Source: Opitutia bacterium (GTDB lineage: Bacteria; Verrucomicrobiota; Verrucomicrobiia; Opitutales; T3Sed10-336). From it: a stretch of 12,176 nucleotides of DNA. Of this stretch, positions 1 through 10,086 are shown piece after piece. The stretch covers positions 1-12,176 of the forward strand of contig JBJHCF010000073.1 in NCBI GenBank assembly GCA_050506795.1. The letters run 5' to 3'. The stretch's first letter is position 1; each line of letters opens with the position of its first letter. The notes under the pieces were generated by a model. The model searched no databases and was not told the origin of the DNA. It saw only the letters and a program-made list of their open reading frames with translations. The position numbers and the translations under genes are program-made.

Positions 1-83
1 CCCCACCCCCCCCCCCCTCTCCTCGTCGCCCGCTTCATAAGTGTAGACGCGACATCCTCTAACTCTCTCACGCCCCCCCGCGG

Positions 84-174
84 CTCGACCCTCGCCCCCT
101 CGCCCCCTCGCCTCTCGCCCCTCGCCCCCTCGCCCTCTCGCCCCCTCGCCCCCTCGCCCTCTCGCCTCTCCCCC
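84..174. repeat. C-rich tandem repeat, about 11-12 copies of a 7-8 bp unit (consensus CTCGCCCC)
   Basis: Units read directly: CTCGACC 84-90, CTCGCCCC 91-98 and 99-106, CTCGCCT 107-113, CTCGCCC 114-120, and so on to CTCGCCT 161-167, then a degenerate CTCCCCC. Confidence 0.9.
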
Positions 175-204
175 CTCTTCCCGCGTCCCGCGCCGGAATT
201 TGTT

Positions 205-232
205 TTGACTTTCAATCCCGCAGGAAAAAGCT
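205..232 (+). promoter_or_regulatory. possible sigma70-type promoter for the mre operon
   Basis: TTGACT at 205-210 in a locally AT-rich stretch about 95 bp upstream of the mreB ATG. The -10 candidate (AAAGCT, 227-232) is weak. Confidence 0.3.
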
Positions 233-304
233 GGAATCCGATCCCTGGAGACCTGCCGAACGGCAAAGCGTCTGGTCCGGGGCAAATTCGGATCCAACTC
301 GATC

Positions 305-1339
305 ATGGCAGGAAAGTTTCTCGGCATATTCTCCGAAGATATCGGAATCGATTTAGGCACGGCCAACACGCTGGTCTTCGCTAAAGACAGAGGAGTGGTA
401 CTCCGGGAACCCAGCGTGGTCGCCATTCACGCCAACACCCGCAAAGTTTTGGCGGTGGGCTCGGAAGCCAAGATGATGCTGGGCCGGACCCCCGGCAACA
501 TCATCGCGATCCGTCCGATGAAGGACGGGGTAATCGCCGATTTTGATATCACCGAGGCGATGTTGCGCTACTTCATCAAGAAGGTGCACAACAACGTAAA
601 AGTGATCCCACCTCGAGTGGTGGTCGCCATTCCCTCCGGCATCACCGAGGTCGAGAAGCGCGCGGTGAAAGAGTCGGCCATCCATGCCGGAGCCCGGGAA
701 GTCCTCCTGCTGGAAGAACCGATGGCGGCGGCGATCGGCGTCGGTTTGCCGGTGGAGGAACCCGCCGCCAATATGATCGTCGACATCGGTGGCGGCACCA
801 CCGAAGTGGCCATCATTTCGCTCGCCGGCGTCGTTTTTTCAAAGAGCATTCGGGTCGGCGGCGACGAGTTCGACACCGCGATCATCAACTACATGAAGCG
901 CGCCTACAACCTGATGATTGGAGAACGGACGGCGGAGGAGATCAAACTCCGAATCGGTTCGGCCTACCCGCTTGACGACGAGTTGAGCATGGAAGTAAAA
1001 GGTCGCGATTCGGTGGCCGGGCTTCCCAAAACCCTGCATGTGAGTTCTCAGGAGATCCGGGAAGCTTTGGCCGATACCGTGAGCTCGATTGTCGAGTTGG
1101 TCCGCAACGCGCTGGAACGTTGCCCCCCCGAGCTTTCCGCCGACTTGGTGGACAGGGGTTTTATCCTAGCCGGAGGGGGCGCCCTCCTGCGCAACCTGGA
1201 TCGCCTGCTCAGTGAGGCCACCGGGCTGCCTGTGGTGGTGGCGGAAGACGCCCTGAGTGCCGTGGCCATCGGGACCGGTGCCGTTCTCGAAGACTTGAAT
1301 TTCCTGCTTCTCCACGTCACATCGTCCTCGAAATCCTGA
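305..1339 (+). CDS. mreB: rod shape-determining actin-like protein MreB
   Basis: 344 aa with the actin-fold motifs [41 protein letters not shown] and GGGALL. First gene of the mreBCD cluster. Confidence 0.99.
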   Translation: MAGKFLGIFSEDIGIDLGTANTLVFAKDRGVVLREPSVVAIHANTRKVLAVGSEAKMMLGRTPGNIIAIRPMKDGVIADFDITEAMLRYFIKKVHNNVKVIPPRVVVAIPSGITEVEKRAVKESAIHAGAREVLLLEEPMAAAIGVGLPVEEPAANMIVDIGGGTTEVAIISLAGVVFSKSIRVGGDEFDTAIINYMKRAYNLMIGERTAEEIKLRIGSAYPLDDELSMEVKGRDSVAGLPKTLHVSSQEIREALADTVSSIVELVRNALERCPPELSADLVDRGFILAGGGALLRNLDRLLSEATGLPVVVAEDALSAVAIGTGAVLEDLNFLLLHVTSSSKS

Positions 1340-1348
1340 TTCCAAGCA

Positions 1349-2200
1349 TTGGCCATCAGACGTCTTGTTCCATCCCGGCCATTTTTCGTCCTAGCCGTTG
1401 TCATTGCACTTTGGCTGGTGTTGCCAGTGATCCTCAAAACCCTGTTGCGAACGGGATTTCACGAATTGCATGCGCCGGCGGTTCAGGCCGTGTCGTTGAT
1501 TCGTGACGTGCAGGATTACTGGTCCTACCGGGCGCAATCCAAAGACGATCTGATTGAAGCCATCAGGGATCTCTCACGCCAGCGTGCTCATGACGAAATT
1601 CGCCTGCAGGAGGCCGAGGCGCTGGAACGCGAGGTGGCCCGACTGGAGGAGCTGCTGGAAATCCCTCCCATCCCGGGATACCGTTTCGAAATCGCCCGGG
1701 TCGCCCGCCGCGAAACCGGCGTCTGGTGGCAGCGAGTCACCATTCGCAAGGGCCGGAATCACGGCCTGTCTGCGGGAGCTCCGGTGATTTTCAGCGGAGG
1801 AGTCGCCGGGAAGATAACCGAGGTGTATCGAAACACCGCGGTGGTGGAACTGATATCCAGCCCGGCCTTCCGCCTTTCCGCCCGCATCGAGGGTGACGAT
1901 CGTCCCATCAGCTACCAGGGTGCGTTGGCCCCGCCCTTTGCCCCGGCCGTGGGAGTGGCGGAATTCGTTCCCCTGGACACTCGCACCGACTCCTCCAACG
2001 CGCCCCGCTTGGTGACTTCCGGACTTGGGGGCGTCTTTCCCCAGGGGTTATTCATCGGAGAACTGAGTTCGCTGGAGCCCAGTCCGGACGGGCTGTTTCA
2101 AACCGGCAGAGTGCGTCTCGACCAGAGTCTCAACCGCCTGTATGAGGTCGCGGTGCTCATTCGGGAAACCGGGGAGGGGGATGACCCGCCAACCCCATGA
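1349..2200 (+). CDS. mreC: rod shape-determining protein MreC
   Basis: N-terminal TM helix, coiled coil (LEREVARLEELL), then a beta domain with TIRKGRNHG and LVTSGLGGVFPQGLFIG. Directly follows mreB. The TTG start is slightly uncertain. Confidence 0.95.
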   Translation: MAIRRLVPSRPFFVLAVVIALWLVLPVILKTLLRTGFHELHAPAVQAVSLIRDVQDYWSYRAQSKDDLIEAIRDLSRQRAHDEIRLQEAEALEREVARLEELLEIPPIPGYRFEIARVARRETGVWWQRVTIRKGRNHGLSAGAPVIFSGGVAGKITEVYRNTAVVELISSPAFRLSARIEGDDRPISYQGALAPPFAPAVGVAEFVPLDTRTDSSNAPRLVTSGLGGVFPQGLFIGELSSLEPSPDGLFQTGRVRLDQSLNRLYEVAVLIRETGEGDDPPTP

Positions 2201-2727
2201 GCATCCAGCTGAGAACCGTCGTGCTGATCGGGGTCGGAGTGTTGTTTCTGCTGCTTCTGGCCGAGACCAACCACCACCTGGCATATTTCAACCTTCATAT
2301 TTACGCCGCCGGTCTTCTGTTGGCCTTCCCGCTTCTGCGCCTGCGGTACAAACAGGGCCTGATTTTCGTCTGTCTGATGGCCTTCTTCCACGACATCATG
2401 GCTCCTCTTCCCTTCGGGGCAAGTTTTGTCCCGTTCCTGCTGGCGCATACCGTAACCTATGTCCTCCGTTCGCATTTCCGGCGGGAGGAAGCCACGGCCG
2501 GTATCGCCTACGCCCTGCTGCTCAACACCCTTCTCTTCCTTGGATTCGCCTTTCGCGGCATGGGAGAGGCTCCTTTGCCCGGCCTGTACTGGCAAAGGGT
2601 ACTCGTCGACGGAATCCTGTCCCAGGGGGTCGTGATTTTTATCGCTGGATGGTATTTTTCGCTGCAAGATACAGCTTTGAGATTTTTCGGAATCTTTCTC
2701 GATCAGGAACAACGCCAGGCAGGTTAA
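2197..2727 (+). CDS. mreD: MreD-like polytopic membrane protein
   Basis: 176 aa with about 5 hydrophobic segments. ATGA overlap with the mreC stop, and position between mreC and PBP2. The call rests mainly on synteny. Confidence 0.8.
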   Translation: MSIQLRTVVLIGVGVLFLLLLAETNHHLAYFNLHIYAAGLLLAFPLLRLRYKQGLIFVCLMAFFHDIMAPLPFGASFVPFLLAHTVTYVLRSHFRREEATAGIAYALLLNTLLFLGFAFRGMGEAPLPGLYWQRVLVDGILSQGVVIFIAGWYFSLQDTALRFFGIFLDQEQRQAG

Positions 2728-2746
2728 ACCTGCCGGTCCGCAATTG

Positions 2747-4645
2747 ATGAACCAGCTTCTGGAAAGCCATAAGAACTACAACCCACGCCTGCGGCTTTTT
2801 TACGGCGTGGTAGTCGTCCTTATCCTGGTCCTTCTCGGCGGCCTCACCTACCGGCAACTCATCATCGGCACCCTGTACAGCGACCGCGAGGAGTTGCAGA
2901 ATCTGCGCCGCATCCTCGTGCCCGGACCCCGCGGCAACATTTTCGACCGCAACGGGGAATTGCTGGTAGGCAACCGCCCCCGGTTTGCGGCCGTGGTCTA
3001 CCTGGCGGAGCTACGACAGGAGTTCCGGCAGGAATTTCGCGACCTGAGGAGACCTTACCTCGAACAGAACATTCCCACAACAGGCGTTCCCCTCCCCAGC
3101 ATGGCGCGCGCGGCGGTGATCCAACGTTATCTCGACCAGATCAACGACCTCCTGGGTCGCGACGAGCAAGTTGACTCCCGGCTGCTGGAGAGGCACTTGC
3201 GCCAACAGTTGATCCTTCCCTTTTTCCTGGTCAACGACCTGTCCCCGGAAGAGTACGCCCGGTTGCTGGAGCAGATTCCCATCGACTCTCCCATCCAGGT
3301 CTACAGTTCCAGCGTTCGCCACTACCCGCATGGCCCGGCCGCAGCGCACGTTCTGGGGTACGTCGGTTCGACTCTGGAAATTCCTGAGGAGGGGGTTCCG
3401 GGCGAACGTCTCATGACCTTCAATATTCGCGGCAGCATCGGACGCGATGGGTTGGAAAGGTCCATGGATGATCGCATCCAGGGACAGACCGGGGGTGAAA
3501 TCTGGGTCGTGGATCCGGACGGCTTTCAATTCGAACGCATCGATCGGAAGCGTTCGGTGCAGGGCGAAGACATCGTCAGCAGCCTGGATATTCGCCTGCA
3601 GAAGCGCATGGAGGATTTGCTGGGCGGTTACACCGCCACCGCCGTGGCGCTCGACCCCCGGAATGGAGAGGTTCTTGCCCTGGCCACCAGTCCGGGCTAT
3701 GACCTCAACGATTTCACTCCCTCCCTGCCCGGCCCGGTCGTGACGGAGATCACGGAAACACAGGCGTGGACGAACCGCGCCTTGCAGGGGTTGTACCCAC
3801 CGGGTTCAACCTTCAAAATGGTCACCGCGATGGCGGCGCTGCGGGCCGGGGTGGTGGATGCCCGCACCACCTCCTTTTGCCGCGGTTCCCACCAGGTATC
3901 CGGCCGAACGTTCCATTGTCACAACCGCGCCGGACACGGAGAGGTCGACCTGGTGCGGGCCTTGAGCGTGAGCTGCAACGTCTATTTCTACGAGCATGGC
4001 GTTCGCACAGGGATCGAATCGATCGCGGCCGAGGCTCGCCGCTTCGGTCTGCATGAGCAAACCGGCATCGAACTGCCGTTTGAAGCGCGGGCCATGCTGG
4101 TCGGCACTCCTGAATGGAAGCGACGGGTGCACGGGACCGCCTGGTTTCCCGGCGACACCGCCAATGTCTCAATCGGCCAGGGCGACGTTCGCAGCACACC
4201 CCTGCAAATGGCCGCCCTGACCGCCGCCCTGGCAACCCGCCGTGAATCGGTGCGCCCTACCATTCTCCTGAATGGGAATCGCGGCCAAACCCATGGATTC
4301 CGGCCGCTGGAAATCAAAGACGCCCATTACGAATTAATCATCCGCGGCATGATCGACGCCGTTGAGTCGGGGACCGCGCGCAGCGTTCGTCTGCCGGGGG
4401 TGTCCATCGCTGGAAAAACCGGTACGGCGCAGGTGCCAACCCGCGAAGGCCGGCTGCATATGGCGTGGTTCGTCGGGTTCGCCCCGGTGGAGAATCCCGA
4501 AATCGCCATCGCGGTTCTGGTGGAAGGCACCAATCCCAACGATAATTTCGCCGGAGGTTCCACCGCCGGGCCCATCGCCCGTGAAATCCTCCGGGAATAT
4601 TTCTCTCATCGCGAACCGGAACCGCTGGCACATTCCCAACGATGA
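2747..4645 (+). CDS. mrdA: penicillin-binding protein 2 (elongasome class B transpeptidase)
   Basis: N-terminal TM anchor, PRGNIFDRNG and RHYPHG motifs, and the catalytic motifs SxxK (GSTFK), SxN (SCN) and KTG (AGKTGTAQ). ATG 2747 is preferred over TTG 2744. Confidence 0.97.
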   Translation: MNQLLESHKNYNPRLRLFYGVVVVLILVLLGGLTYRQLIIGTLYSDREELQNLRRILVPGPRGNIFDRNGELLVGNRPRFAAVVYLAELRQEFRQEFRDLRRPYLEQNIPTTGVPLPSMARAAVIQRYLDQINDLLGRDEQVDSRLLERHLRQQLILPFFLVNDLSPEEYARLLEQIPIDSPIQVYSSSVRHYPHGPAAAHVLGYVGSTLEIPEEGVPGERLMTFNIRGSIGRDGLERSMDDRIQGQTGGEIWVVDPDGFQFERIDRKRSVQGEDIVSSLDIRLQKRMEDLLGGYTATAVALDPRNGEVLALATSPGYDLNDFTPSLPGPVVTEITETQAWTNRALQGLYPPGSTFKMVTAMAALRAGVVDARTTSFCRGSHQVSGRTFHCHNRAGHGEVDLVRALSVSCNVYFYEHGVRTGIESIAAEARRFGLHEQTGIELPFEARAMLVGTPEWKRRVHGTAWFPGDTANVSIGQGDVRSTPLQMAALTAALATRRESVRPTILLNGNRGQTHGFRPLEIKDAHYELIIRGMIDAVESGTARSVRLPGVSIAGKTGTAQVPTREGRLHMAWFVGFAPVENPEIAIAVLVEGTNPNDNFAGGSTAGPIAREILREYFSHREPEPLAHSQR

Positions 4646-5400
4646 AAAACGGAAATGACGATGCCTGCGCGTCGGGAGGTGAGGTCGATTCGCGGTCACT
4701 CCAGACGCTGCAAGAAAAAATTGGATACACTTTCAGCGACCTCGATCTTCTTCGGCAAGCGGTCACCCATCCCTCCCACCAACCGGATGCTCCCGAGTCG
4801 GTTCGGTCAAACAATCAGCGCCTGGAGTTTCTGGGGGATTCGGTTCTGAGCCTGGTTCTCTCCGAACAACTGTTCCGGCGATTCCCCGACGTTCGCGAAG
4901 GACAATTGAGCCGCTATCGCTCGAACCTGGTTCGCGGCCCCGTGCTCAGCGACCTGGCACGGCGGTTGCGCATCGGCGATCACCTGCATTTAAGCCGGGG
5001 CGAAGCCGAAACCGGCGGTCGGGACCGGGACAATCTGCTGGAGGACGCCCTCGAAGCGCTCCTCGGCGCAATTTTCATCGACGGAGGCTTCAACGCCGCC
5101 AAACGCGTAGCGCTCCGCTGGTACTCGGATCTGGAAACCCGCCTGGAAGAAGCGGACAGGATCGACAATCCCAAGGGGCGCTTGCAGGAGGCTATTCAGG
5201 CCGAACACCCCGGTGAAGGACCGGAATACCTAACCCTCTCCGCAGAGGGCCCCTCTCACCAACCCAGCTTCGAAGTGGAAGTCAGCTTTCGCAACCGACC
5301 GCTGGCCCGCGGACGAGGCGCCTCCAAAAAGGAAGCCGAATCGCGCGCGGCGAACTCCGCCCTGCAGCAGTGGATCGAAAACTCCGCAACGCAACGCTGA
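4642..5400 (+). CDS. rnc: ribonuclease III
   Basis: RNase III signature NQRLEFLGDS, DALEALLGAIFID, and a C-terminal dsRBD (NPKGRLQE...GRGASKKEAE). ATGA overlap with mrdA. Confidence 0.97.
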   Translation: MKNGNDDACASGGEVDSRSLQTLQEKIGYTFSDLDLLRQAVTHPSHQPDAPESVRSNNQRLEFLGDSVLSLVLSEQLFRRFPDVREGQLSRYRSNLVRGPVLSDLARRLRIGDHLHLSRGEAETGGRDRDNLLEDALEALLGAIFIDGGFNAAKRVALRWYSDLETRLEEADRIDNPKGRLQEAIQAEHPGEGPEYLTLSAEGPSHQPSFEVEVSFRNRPLARGRGASKKEAESRAANSALQQWIENSATQR

Positions 5401-5507
5401 ATCGGTTTCCCTGCCCGGATTCCTTCGACGCCGTCAATCGCCTCAGATTGAGACAAACCGGCTTGCTCGCGAGTCGTGCGGAAATAAGGTGACGTTGCCT
5501 GAACACC

Positions 5508-8500
5508 ATGCCGTCCACCACCGAAAAGAGTAATCGCACCGCAACCGCTGTCCCGCTGACCGGACATACCGGGGTCATCCCGGCGGCATCCCCCGCGGTG
5601 ATCACTCGCCTGCTGCGGGAGGAGACCGGAAACCTTTTTCTCGTGCTCTGCGCCGACCTGCCGACGGCGGAGCGCCAGGGGGAAGCGCTCGACTCGTTGT
5701 TCGCGCTGACCTCGCCGGAGCAGAAGCCCCGGACCGTTCTGCTGCCGCCCGGCGGTGACGAGAGCGGCCGCGATCAGGAAACGGACGCCGATCGCCTGCA
5801 AGTGTTCAACCTCCTGCGGGAACACCTCGAACGGAAATCGCCGGACCCATTGATCGTGGTGACCACCCCGACCGCCGTTCTGGGGCCGGCACCGGATCCC
5901 GCCTTTCTGAAGCGATCCGAAATTCGCGTTGTCGCCGGCGACGACCTGCCCTTCGAGGGCTTTGTGGAAACCCTTCGCCAACTCGATTACGATTCCGAAA
6001 CCGTGTGTGAAAGCCCGGGGCAATACGCGGTCCGCGGAGGAATCATCGACGTGTATCCGCTGGCCGCCGACACCCCCTATCGCATTGATTTTTTCGGCGA
6101 CACGGTTGAGGAAATTCGGGCCTTCGATCCGGCCGACCAACGTTCGGGAGAAAGGGCTTCGTCCATCCTGATCTCTCCCGCGCTCCCCCGGCTTCTCCGC
6201 GAAAAGCCGACGCAAACCAGCGCCTACCTCGGTGAATCCACCACCTGGATACTGCTTCACCCGGAGACATGGGAAAAGGCGCCGATCGAGAACACCAAGG
6301 CCGCTTCTTCGACCGCCGACCTTCTGGCCTCCCGCCGGGAGTTCGCCGACGCCTGGCACATCATCAGTGACCTGGACCTTCCGGCCGACCTTCCAGTTCC
6401 CTCCGGTCCGCTTCGCGAATGGAGAACCGAAGCCCTTGACACCCACCGGCGGAACCCCGAGTGGGATGGTGCCGTGAGCGACGCGCGGGCAGGCGAAGAC
6501 GAAGCGCGGCGCCGCTTTTTCGATCAACTTGCCAACTGGCGCCGCGAAGGATTTGCGGTCGCCCTTTTCACCAACAACGAGGGCGAGGAGTCCCGCTTGC
6601 GGGAGATCCTGGAGGAATGGGGTCTGTTGAAGGCCGTGGATCCGGTTTTCGTGCGAGGGGGGCTCGGCGAGGGATTTCTCCTCCGTGACGCCTGGGGTCC
6701 CGCCGGCGAGAGCAGGTCGTCCACCGTCGGGTTGGTTGCCGTTTCCGACAGTGAAATCTTCGGCCGTTACCGGCGCCGTCGGCCGCTGCGGACCAACCGC
6801 AAGCGCGTCCAACGCACCCAGGTCGAACACCTGCTCGACTTCTCGGAACTTGGCGAAGGCGACTACCTGGTGCACCTCCAGCACGGGATCTGCCGTTTCC
6901 GGGGAATCAATCCGATCGTTTCCCGCGGAGAGCGCCGGGAAATGATCTCCGTTGAGTTCGCGGACGCGGTCACCCTGCACGTACCCTTTCATGAATCCCA
7001 CCTGCTCACCCGTTACGTCGGTCTGTCCAAGGCCCGCCCGCCGCTCGGTCGAATCGGATCGGGAAGCTGGGAGAAGACCCGGCGCGCCGCGGAAAAGGCC
7101 ACCCTCGATTTTGCCGCCGAGTTGCTGCGCACCCAGGCCCTGCGGGACAGCCGGGACGGCGTCTCCTATCCTCCGGACGATTCCTGGCAGAAGGAGTTCG
7201 AGGCGGCGTTTCTGTACACCGAAACCCGTGACCAATTGCGGGCGGCGGCCGAGTGCAAGGCAGACATGGAAAAACCTCGTCCAATGGACCGCCTGCTCTG
7301 CGGAGACGTCGGTTTCGGAAAAACGGAGGTCGCGATGCGCGCCGCCTTCAAAGCCGCCATGGGCGGAAAACAAGTCGCGGTGCTGGTCCCGACCACGGTG
7401 CTGGCTCAGCAACATTTGCAGAGTTTCCGCGAGCGCATGGCGGATTATCCGGTGATCGTGGACATGCTCAGCCGGTTTCGCACCCGGCCCAATCAGAAAT
7501 CGGTGATCCGGGCGCTTTCCCAGGGAAAGATCGATATCATCATCGGAACCCACCGCCTGCTGAGCGCCGATGTTCGTTTCCGCGACCTCGGTATGGTCGT
7601 AATCGATGAAGAACACCGCTTCGGACTGCGACAGAAGGAACAGTTGAAAAAAATCAGGGAATCCGTGGAGGTCCTTTCGATGAGCGCCACGCCTATCCCC
7701 CGCACGCTTTACCTCGCCCTTTCCGGCGCGCGTGATTTGAGCGTCATCGAAACACCCCCGGCGGATCGCTTGCCGATACGGACCATCGTGCGCAACTACG
7801 ACCCGAATTTGATTGCCGACGCCATCCGCTTCGAACTGCGGCGCGGCGGACAGGTATTCTACCTGCACAACCGGGTGGACACCATCGAATCCGTCGCCGC
7901 CCGACTGCAAGACCTCGTCCCCGAAGCCACGTTTGCGGTCGGCCACGGTCAGATGGGGGAAGGGGCGCTGGAGCGGATCATGACCGATTTCACCGCCGGA
8001 CGCTACGACGTGCTGGTTTCCACCACCATTATCGAGTCGGGATTGGACATCCCCAACTGCAATACTCTCATTGTGGAAACAGCTGATCGTTTCGGCCTTT
8101 CCCAGCTCTATCAGTTGCGCGGGAGAGTCGGCCGCTTCAAACAACAGGCCTACGCCTACCTGCTCCTGCACCGGCACGGTCGCGTGCACGAGATCGCGCG
8201 CAAACGGCTGGCCGCCCTGCGGCAGCACAATCAACTCGGAGCCGGCTTCAAGATCGCCATGCGGGACCTGGAACTGCGAGGGGCTGGAAACCTGTTGGGA
8301 GCTAAACAAAGCGGACATATCGCGGGCGTGGGTTTCGACCTTTATTGCCAGCTCTTGCGTCAGAGTATCGCCCGCCTCAAGGGAGACAAAACCGCCGCGG
8401 CCATTCGAGCCACCCTGAGGATTGATTTCATTCACACCGGCGAAGGCCGGGCCGAAAAGACCTTGACCGCCGACCGCTTCGGCGCCCTGAAGGAAGTGGA

Positions 8501-8885
8501 ACGGCAACAAGGGAGCTGTCCGCCGATCGAAGCGAGGATCCCGGAGGAGTATATTCGTGAGATGCGTCTGCGCCTCGACACCTATCGCCGCCTGGCCATG
8601 GCGGCAACCCCGCAAGAGGTCGACGCACTCCGCGCAGAGTTGACCGATCGTTTCGGGCACCCTCCCCCTGCGACCGAAGCCCTGATTCGCGCTTCGACGA
8701 TTCGTTGTCTGGCCGAACAAAAAGGAATTCTCGCGGTCGAAACAGATGGGAACCGCCTAAAATGTTTGCGGGCGACAGGCAAGGAAAACGACTACCTGCG
8801 GGTGGGCAATCGCTTTCCCCGCTTGACGCGCCAGAAGGCACTTCCAAGACTCGGCGAGATCGCCGATTTTATAAAACGCATCTGA
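5508..8885 (+). CDS. mfd: transcription-repair coupling factor Mfd
   Basis: UvrB-homology segment (PGQYAVRGGIIDVYP), CarD-like RID (DYLVHLQHGICRFRG), helicase motifs GDVGFGKT, DEEHRFG, SATPIPRT and QLRGRVGR, TRG motif (RDLELRGAGNLLG), and a C-terminal TRCF domain. Confidence 0.98.
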   Translation: MPSTTEKSNRTATAVPLTGHTGVIPAASPAVITRLLREETGNLFLVLCADLPTAERQGEALDSLFALTSPEQKPRTVLLPPGGDESGRDQETDADRLQVFNLLREHLERKSPDPLIVVTTPTAVLGPAPDPAFLKRSEIRVVAGDDLPFEGFVETLRQLDYDSETVCESPGQYAVRGGIIDVYPLAADTPYRIDFFGDTVEEIRAFDPADQRSGERASSILISPALPRLLREKPTQTSAYLGESTTWILLHPETWEKAPIENTKAASSTADLLASRREFADAWHIISDLDLPADLPVPSGPLREWRTEALDTHRRNPEWDGAVSDARAGEDEARRRFFDQLANWRREGFAVALFTNNEGEESRLREILEEWGLLKAVDPVFVRGGLGEGFLLRDAWGPAGESRSSTVGLVAVSDSEIFGRYRRRRPLRTNRKRVQRTQVEHLLDFSELGEGDYLVHLQHGICRFRGINPIVSRGERREMISVEFADAVTLHVPFHESHLLTRYVGLSKARPPLGRIGSGSWEKTRRAAEKATLDFAAELLRTQALRDSRDGVSYPPDDSWQKEFEAAFLYTETRDQLRAAAECKADMEKPRPMDRLLCGDVGFGKTEVAMRAAFKAAMGGKQVAVLVPTTVLAQQHLQSFRERMADYPVIVDMLSRFRTRPNQKSVIRALSQGKIDIIIGTHRLLSADVRFRDLGMVVIDEEHRFGLRQKEQLKKIRESVEVLSMSATPIPRTLYLALSGARDLSVIETPPADRLPIRTIVRNYDPNLIADAIRFELRRGGQVFYLHNRVDTIESVAARLQDLVPEATFAVGHGQMGEGALERIMTDFTAGRYDVLVSTTIIESGLDIPNCNTLIVETADRFGLSQLYQLRGRVGRFKQQAYAYLLLHRHGRVHEIARKRLAALRQHNQLGAGFKIAMRDLELRGAGNLLGAKQSGHIAGVGFDLYCQLLRQSIARLKGDKTAAAIRATLRIDFIHTGEGRAEKTLTADRFGALKEVERQQGSCPPIEARIPEEYIREMRLRLDTYRRLAMAATPQEVDALRAELTDRFGHPPPATEALIRASTIRCLAEQKGILAVETDGNRLKCLRATGKENDYLRVGNRFPRLTRQKALPRLGEIADFIKRI

Positions 8886-8908
8886 CACATCGCTCATCAA
8901 ACTCATTC

Positions 8909-9913
8909 ATGTTCCGCATCGCCGCTTCAATCTCAAGCCACTTACGCCGTTCCACCTCAGGGATCGTGCTGGCGCACCTGCTGCTCACAGTGCCGGCGGC
9001 GGGACAACCGGCGGCATTGCTACCCCGGGATAACGTCGAGGTGGACAACGCCATCGCGGTCGTGGTCGAGGATCAGGTCATCACCTACCAGGATGTGCGT
9101 AACGAAGCCGCGCGACTGGCGGATCAGGTCCGGCGGACCAGCCGCAACGCCACTGAATTTCAGCAACGCATGCGTGAACTGGAACGAGAAATCATCCAGG
9201 GCAAAATCGACCGCATCCTGATCATAAAGGCTTTTGAAGACAAAGGCATGCAGATTCCGGCCAGTTTTATCGACAACGAGATCAACGAGATCCTGGTGCG
9301 CGATTTTGATGGAGACCGCAGCCGGCTGCTGGCCTACCTGCGGGAAAATGGTATGTCCAGGAGCGACTTTCGCCAGGAGACACGCAAAGAGATCATTCTC
9401 CGCTACATGAGGAGCCAGATGCGCCAGTCCGAAGCGGTCGTCAGTCCTGTGCGCATCGAGGAATTTTACCGGGATAACCCGGAACGCTTTCACCGGGAAG
9501 CGGCGGTGCATCTGCGCATGATTCAGCTGGGTGGCGCCAATGCGCGCCAGACGGCGACCCAAATCATCACGGCATTGGAGGATGGGGCCGATTTTGCCGA
9601 ACTCGCCCGCGAACACAGTCGCTACCGGCGACAGCAGGGCGGAAGTTGGGGATGGGACAATATGTCGAACCTGCGGGAAGACTGGCGGGAAATTGTCGCC
9701 TCTCTGGCTCCCGGCGAACACAGCGCCCCGATCGAGGCGGGAGCCGGCGACATCTTCATCCTTTACGTCGAAGACCGGCGCGAAGCCGGGGTGGCGCCCC
9801 TGCAGGAGGTTCGCGAAGAGATCGAAGAGATCCTGGTGAACCGAATGGCGCGCGAAGCCCAGGAACGATGGCTGGAACGCCTCCGGCGCGACGCCTTTGT
9901 GCGCTATCACTGA
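8909..9913 (+). CDS. SurA/PrsA-like periplasmic foldase (SurA N-domain plus one parvulin domain)
   Basis: NAIAVVVEDQVIT (SurA-N like), GADFAELAREHS...GGSWGW (parvulin) and a C-terminal WLERLRRDAFVRY helix. Start placed at ATG 8909, just after the mfd stop and ahead of a signal-peptide-like segment. Confidence 0.88.
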   Translation: MFRIAASISSHLRRSTSGIVLAHLLLTVPAAGQPAALLPRDNVEVDNAIAVVVEDQVITYQDVRNEAARLADQVRRTSRNATEFQQRMRELEREIIQGKIDRILIIKAFEDKGMQIPASFIDNEINEILVRDFDGDRSRLLAYLRENGMSRSDFRQETRKEIILRYMRSQMRQSEAVVSPVRIEEFYRDNPERFHREAAVHLRMIQLGGANARQTATQIITALEDGADFAELAREHSRYRRQQGGSWGWDNMSNLREDWREIVASLAPGEHSAPIEAGAGDIFILYVEDRREAGVAPLQEVREEIEEILVNRMAREAQERWLERLRRDAFVRYH

Positions 9914-10016
9914 CCGGTTCAAGTCAACCCGGACCGAACGATCGCAATTTACGTGTTTGGATCAAATGGATGAATCTTAGGGAGATGTCCATTCAGGCAA
10001 GAACTCCGAGAACCTG

Positions 10017-10036
10017 AGTCGGCGCTGCCGATTTTT
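10017..10036 (+). terminator. possible intrinsic terminator after mfd-surA
   Basis: GTCGGC-GCT-GCCGAT stem running into a short T tract (TTTTT 10032-10036). The stem is short. Confidence 0.4.
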
Positions 10037-10040
10037 CCAG

Positions 10041-10070
10041 TTGACACCCCCTGTCATTCCCTGTGATTTT
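10041..10070 (+). promoter_or_regulatory. promoter of the tRNA pair
   Basis: Perfect TTGACA at 10041-10046, with TGATTT/GATTTT 17-18 bp later, about 17 bp before tRNA-Lys. Confidence 0.6.
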
Positions 10071-10086
10071 CACCTCTTTTCCTGTT

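Noticed and set aside
41..60. GTGTAGACGCGACATCCT as a REP-like half element
   Set aside because: No palindromic partner or second copy in the window.
8421..8540. Extended linker before the Mfd TRCF domain
   Set aside because: In frame with no intein or mobile-element features; most likely an ordinary lineage-specific insertion.
5256..8720. 1154-aa minus-strand ORF
   Set aside because: Antisense shadow of mfd caused by GC-rich codon bias; no recognisable domain.
8705..8908. Longer N-terminus for the SurA-like gene
   Set aside because: Overlaps mfd by about 180 bp and would bury the signal-peptide-like segment; ATG 8909 fits better.
9020..9922. 300-aa minus-strand ORF (and other short ORFs overlapping the housekeeping genes)
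   Set aside because: Shadow or alternative frames of well-supported genes.
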